Shown here: piece after piece, positions 51,873 to 55,249 of the stretch | Position numbering within the stretch: the first letter of the stretch is position 1 | Layout of the letters: each line of letters opens with the position of its first letter | Assembly (NCBI GenBank): GCA_046081085.1 | Contig: JBJTVF010000006.1 | Coordinates: 1-55,249 of the forward strand | Source of the DNA: Candidatus Limnocylindrus sp. | Lineage (GTDB): Bacteria > Chloroflexota > Limnocylindria > Limnocylindrales > Limnocylindraceae | Direction: 5' to 3' | Length of the DNA: 55,249 bases | The notes under the pieces: model-generated | Told to the model about the DNA's origin: nothing | Databases searched by the model: none | The model's input: the letters and a program-made list of their open reading frames with translations, nothing else | Position numbers and translations under genes: made by a program

Positions 51873-52427
51873 CTACCTAATCTCCTTGATGCGTGCCTTC
51901 GCCATCGCCACAAGGAGCTTCTCGTCAATCTCCCAATCGTTGGGAATCGTGATGGTGTGCTTGAGTACGCGATACCCCTTCAGTTTAGGGCCGAACGCAA
52001 CAATCACCGCCTTGCTAAAGGGGTTGATCAACAGGTACTTCGAGGTGGCCGATGCTCCAAACACGTAGTCCTTCTCGGTGCGAAGTATTGGCTGGTTCCA
52101 GGAGATCACAAGTTTCAGTTCTGGATACGCCACACGAAGCACCTTGAACATCCGCCTCATCGTGCGTGTCTGCTGCGGATCGATTGTCTTGAAGTAGTCC
52201 GTTGGCGTTGCATGTCGATGTGCCGTCCTTGATCCGCGCGTGTACATCACCAACGCATTCGCATGCGCCTTCGAGAATCCGTAGTTCTCCTGCAGGAACG
52301 CCATCTGCTCGGGATACTTCTTCCCCGCCACACGCGACATCACCTTGTGCCAGTGCGACATGGGTTCGCCGTAACGCTTCTCAATTGCTGGAAAGTGCGA
52401 CTCGCGGGTCGCGCCAGCCTTTGCCAT
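51873..52427 (-). CDS. DUF4287 + DUF1801 (YdhG-like) two-domain protein
   Basis: N-terminus ...HFPAIEKRYGEPMSHWHKVM...YPEQMAFLQENYGFSKAHANALV (DUF4287 pattern). The C-terminal half is DUF1801-like. It lies 25 nt downstream of jag on the same strand, with GGGAGAG before the ATG. Confidence 0.7.
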   Translation of the reverse strand: MAKAGATRESHFPAIEKRYGEPMSHWHKVMSRVAGKKYPEQMAFLQENYGFSKAHANALVMYTRGSRTAHRHATPTDYFKTIDPQQTRTMRRMFKVLRVAYPELKLVISWNQPILRTEKDYVFGASATSKYLLINPFSKAVIVAFGPKLKGYRVLKHTITIPNDWEIDEKLLVAMAKARIKEIR

Positions 52428-52451
52428 TGCGAAACGCTCTCTCCCTGCGCC

Positions 52452-53342
52452 TTACGCCGGGATCACGACCACGCGTCGATCTGGCTCTTCACCGGCCGAC
52501 TCGGTTTCGATTCCAGGCGCGTCTTGGAGCTCCATGTGTACCCAGCGGCGTTCGAGCGCCGTCATCGGCTCTAGTTGAACTGCGCGACCGGTCTCGCGGA
52601 CTCGCTCACCAGCCTTGCGCGCGAGCGCGCGGAGCTGTGCCTCGCGTCGGCCCCGATATTCTTCGATGTCAACGGTGACACGCGCCCATTCGCCAAGCTT
52701 TCGGCTCAACATCAGATTGACAAGATGCTGAATCGCCTGGAGCCGCTCACCGCGTCGACCAATCAGGCTGCCGAGTTCTTGTGCCGCCTCAGGGGATGTG
52801 CCGGCGACATTCAGTACCGTCTCTGAGCCTTCGCCGCTCAGCCGCACCTCTGCCTCAAAATCGAGGTGTTTGATCAGCGTCTCAAGGATCTCTTTGCCGC
52901 CAGCAATCATCTCTGGCGTTGTCTCGCTGCGCTCACGTCGCTCTCGAGGCTCACGTGCCTCGCCCGCTTCACGCGGTGCGCGCTCTGGTCGCTCTGCGCG
53001 AGCAGGTCGCGGCGATCGAGCTGGTCGCTCCGCGCGCGTGGACGTTGTGCGTTCGGAACGAGAGCTTCGTGAAGCGGCACCGCGTGGCGCAGACTCACGT
53101 GTCGCGGCCGCTCGAGGGGCGGGTTCGGTTGCGCGCTTCGGCGTGCTCCCTGCAATGGCGCTTGCTGGCGCTGCAACAATTCGAGCTGGCTCGGCTCCCA
53201 TTCCAAGAACACCTTTGGAGCCCGGAGCAATGATCTCAAAGTCAAGGTCGGCGAGCCCCACCTGGAACGTCTCGCATGCAATCTTGAGCGCCTCTTCGAC
53301 GCTCTTCCCGGTGAACTCCTGATATGCGCTCTCGCTCACCAT
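52452..53342 (-). CDS. jag: Jag/KhpB-type RNA-binding protein (Jag_N, KH, R3H) with a long Arg/Glu/Pro/Ala linker
   Basis: N-terminus YQEFTGKSVEEALKIACETF.... The C-terminus is KH/R3H-like (RRGERLQAIQHLVN, LEPMTALERRWVH). The start overlaps the yidC stop (TAATG). Confidence 0.85.
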   Translation of the reverse strand: MVSESAYQEFTGKSVEEALKIACETFQVGLADLDFEIIAPGSKGVLGMGAEPARIVAAPASAIAGSTPKRATEPAPRAAATRESAPRGAASRSSRSERTTSTRAERPARSPRPARAERPERAPREAGEAREPRERRERSETTPEMIAGGKEILETLIKHLDFEAEVRLSGEGSETVLNVAGTSPEAAQELGSLIGRRGERLQAIQHLVNLMLSRKLGEWARVTVDIEEYRGRREAQLRALARKAGERVRETGRAVQLEPMTALERRWVHMELQDAPGIETESAGEEPDRRVVVIPA

Positions 53343-54463
53343 TATCTGCCCCCTCGGCGACCGTGTCGGTCTCGCTTCTTGGCCGAACGGATCGTGGCGG
53401 CCGCAGATGCGGCGCGGTCAAGATCGGTTCGGGATTGTGGTGCCCCTTCACCCACGTCGCTCGCCGAAGTGCTCTCCGGCATCGCCACGGGGAATCGCGG
53501 TGCATGATTTGCGGCAAAGGCGGGATTCCACCCAAAGAGCGGGAAGAGTCCGCCATAGCCGAGGATCAAGTACTGCTGCGCCAACGAGAAGATCGTGGAC
53601 GCAATCCAGTAAATGAAAAGTCCCGCCGGCAAGATGCCGCCGTACAGGATTGAGATGAGCGGCAGGATCACCAGGGTCTGGCTCTGCATTGCCGCAGCTG
53701 GATCACCCTTTGCCGCGCCTCCTTTTGGAAGCGTCATGCGCGTCTGCAACACCTGCAACAGTGCGCTGCCGAGCGCAAGTGGAGAGATGCCGACCCCAAT
53801 AAGCACGATTGGAGCCCATGGCTGCGAGACGTCGAGTCCGCCAAGCCATCCCACCGTTGTGTCAAAACAGCGAACGCCATCCACAAGGCCATTCACGCAC
53901 CCTGGGTCCAGGACCTGGAATCCGAAGATGCTCAACATGGCGCTCGGATCGCTCGTCTTCAGTCCTTGGTCGATCACCGAATACATTGGGATGAGCACGA
54001 TGAACTGAAGTAGGGTCGGAAGGCAGCCGCTCAACGGATTGATGCCGCGCGACTTGTACAGCTCCGCCTGCGCCTGCTGGATCTTCATGCGGTCGCCCTT
54101 GTAGCGACGCTTGATCTCTTCCGCTTCTGGTGCCAGCAGTTGCGTACGCTTCTGCGAGACGAGCTGACGTCGATACGGTGAAATCAAGACGATGCGAATG
54201 ACGATCGTGAGCAGAAGGATCGAGATCCCAATGTCCCCAGTCAGATTGTCAAAGAAGACGAGACCGATAAAGAGCGCCTGGAAGACCGGTGTGAACAGCC
54301 AAGAGAGAAGGCTGAACGGATCGGCGCCAGGCGATGCGGGAGCGAGCGGTGCTGGAGGAGACGGCGAAACAACGACCGAGGAGGTGTCACATGCGCCAAC
54401 AACGAGCGCGGCGAGTGTCAGAAGGAATACGGTTGGAAGCAGTTGACGTGCTCGGTTCATCAT
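53342..54463 (-). CDS. yidC: membrane protein insertase YidC (lipoprotein type)
   Basis: ORF trimmed to ATG 54463, which overlaps the yidD stop (ATGA). Lipobox VVGAC. 60-kDa-IMP core motifs are present (GCLPTLLQFIVLIPMY, and the loop QKRTQLLAPEAEEIKRRYK). Confidence 0.9.
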   Translation of the reverse strand: MMNRARQLLPTVFLLTLAALVVGACDTSSVVVSPSPPAPLAPASPGADPFSLLSWLFTPVFQALFIGLVFFDNLTGDIGISILLLTIVIRIVLISPYRRQLVSQKRTQLLAPEAEEIKRRYKGDRMKIQQAQAELYKSRGINPLSGCLPTLLQFIVLIPMYSVIDQGLKTSDPSAMLSIFGFQVLDPGCVNGLVDGVRCFDTTVGWLGGLDVSQPWAPIVLIGVGISPLALGSALLQVLQTRMTLPKGGAAKGDPAAAMQSQTLVILPLISILYGGILPAGLFIYWIASTIFSLAQQYLILGYGGLFPLFGWNPAFAANHAPRFPVAMPESTSASDVGEGAPQSRTDLDRAASAAATIRSAKKRDRHGRRGGR

Positions 54464-54666
54464 TGGACGGGATCCCATCCGCCAGCGTTGAGTGGTGAAC
54501 AGCGAGCGATGCGACGCGCTCCCATCCAGCTCCCCTTAAGGACGCCGTATTTGATGATCGCCTCTTCCGTGTATCGCGAGCAGCTCGGCTCAAAGCGACA
54601 ACTTGACGGCAGCCATGCAAAGAGGATTCTGTAGAGGTGGATCAGCGCTACGGCGAGTCGCTTCAT
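54460..54666 (-). CDS. yidD: membrane protein insertion efficiency factor YidD
   Basis: ORF 54460..54717 trimmed to ATG 54666, which overlaps the rnpA stop (ATGA). Motifs CRFEPSCSRYTEEAI and CSPLNAGGWDPV. Confidence 0.85.
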   Translation of the reverse strand: MKRLAVALIHLYRILFAWLPSSCRFEPSCSRYTEEAIIKYGVLKGSWMGARRIARCSPLNAGGWDPVQ

Positions 54667-55010
54667 CCGCGTGCCCCCTCGTTGGCGCCGGAGAGGAGTT
54701 TTGCGCGACGAAGGCAATCGGTCAGCGCGGCACGGAGCTGCTCGCTCGATGCAGTTGCGGCCGAAACGCGCACACCAATCAGAAGGTCTGTGCCAGGTAC
54801 TACCGCTGGCGCCAAATCTCGGGTGATTGCTTTGAGTCGGCGGCGAATGCGGTTGCGCACCACTGCGCCGCCAACTTTCTTGCTGGTGGCAATTCCAATG
54901 CGCAGCGAAGGTACGGTGCGATCGCGCACGGCAAAGCGAACGCCAAGCAGCGGTGAGTTGACACCGGGCGCGGCGGCAAGGGCCGTAAAGTCAGCTGCGG
55001 TTCGAATCAT
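54663..55010 (-). CDS. rnpA: ribonuclease P protein component
   Basis: KKVGGAVVRNRIRRRLK (RNR motif). Positioned between rpmH and yidD. Confidence 0.9.
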   Translation of the reverse strand: MIRTAADFTALAAAPGVNSPLLGVRFAVRDRTVPSLRIGIATSKKVGGAVVRNRIRRRLKAITRDLAPAVVPGTDLLIGVRVSAATASSEQLRAALTDCLRRAKLLSGANEGARG

Positions 55011-55045
55011 TTCGAAACCTGCGGGGCGCGGATGCGCCGACCCGC

Positions 55046-55180
55046 TCAGACGGTGAGGCGCTTGCGGCCGCGTGCGCGGCGACGGGCTAAGACCTTGCGG
55101 CCCGACGCCGTCGACATGCGCTTACGGAAACCGTGTTCGCGGAATCGTTGTCGCTTCTTTGGCTGGTGCGTTCGCTTCAT
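55046..55180 (-). CDS. rpmH: 50S ribosomal protein L34
   Basis: Below the ORF-track size cutoff. Reverse translation gives [44 protein letters not shown] followed by a stop. Confidence 0.9.
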   Translation of the reverse strand: MKRTHQPKKRQRFREHGFRKRMSTASGRKVLARRRARGRKRLTV

Positions 55181-55249
55181 GATGATCGCTCCCGTCAATG
55201 TGGCCTTGGCGTCGCTCCGTCGTGCGGACCGAGTGCCAAGAGGGCTGCC

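Noticed and set aside
51873-52427. A possible horizontally acquired islet at the tmRNA 3' end. The DUF4287/DUF1801 gene measured about 53% GC in a hand-counted 100-nt sample, against about 68% in a sample from atpZ.
   Set aside because: There is no integrase, and I saw no direct repeat of the ssrA 3' end. The gene sits 25 nt downstream of jag on the same strand with its own SD. A hand-counted stretch of gyrB is equally low (about 52% GC), so the GC dip is not specific to this gene.
52900-53140. A low-complexity GC-rich stretch in jag encoding ERPARSPRPARAERPERAPREAGEAREPRERRERSE, considered as a possible nucleotide-level repeat element.
   Set aside because: It reads as an in-frame disordered Arg/Glu/Pro/Ala linker between the Jag_N and KH/R3H domains. 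The repeats are imperfect at the nucleotide level, and no element boundaries are visible.

Overview
This 55.2-kb window is high-GC (about 52-68% in the 100-nt stretches I hand-counted) and almost wall-to-wall housekeeping chromosome. I call 58 protein genes, one tmRNA, one coding tandem repeat and one recoding site. Lipoprotein-type YidC and solute-binding proteins indicate a monoderm. The synteny is Actinomycetota-like: rplU-rpmA-rpmE-DUF1385-prfA-prmC-(HAD)-glyA-wecA-atpZ-atpBEFHAGDC-murA-mreB; prfB-ftsE-ftsX-ctpA-smpB-ssrA; rpmH-rnpA-yidD-yidC-jag; parA-parB-gyrB-gyrA. I recognise no transposase, integrase, phage, CRISPR, toxin-antitoxin or known defence genes, and I saw no tRNA or rRNA by eye. 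I therefore do not claim a new multi-gene system.

The points worth a second look are local anomalies:
- A family-5 solute-binding lipoprotein whose sequence order looks circularly permuted.
- A comF gene whose two CxxC zinc-finger halves lie in different frames across a G6 run.
- A PIG-L deacetylase / GT4 / CelD-like acyltransferase triad with mycothiol- or bacillithiol-like logic but no ligase.
- An MMPL pump translationally coupled to an AttH/CrtC-like lipoprotein.
- Lys/Ala-rich histone-H1-like tails on endonuclease IV, L21, GyrA and GyrB.
- A 16-kb plus-strand block (parAB-gyrBA...ssrA) that looks inverted relative to the canonical rpmH...parAB arrangement.
- murA-mreB-PHP-flippase-like genes appended to the atp operon while mreD-mrdA-rodA sit 16 kb away with no mreC.
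- A structured 244-bp spacer ending in a terminator-like hairpin upstream of smpB.

Most long antisense ORFs in the track are high-GC shadow ORFs and were rejected.
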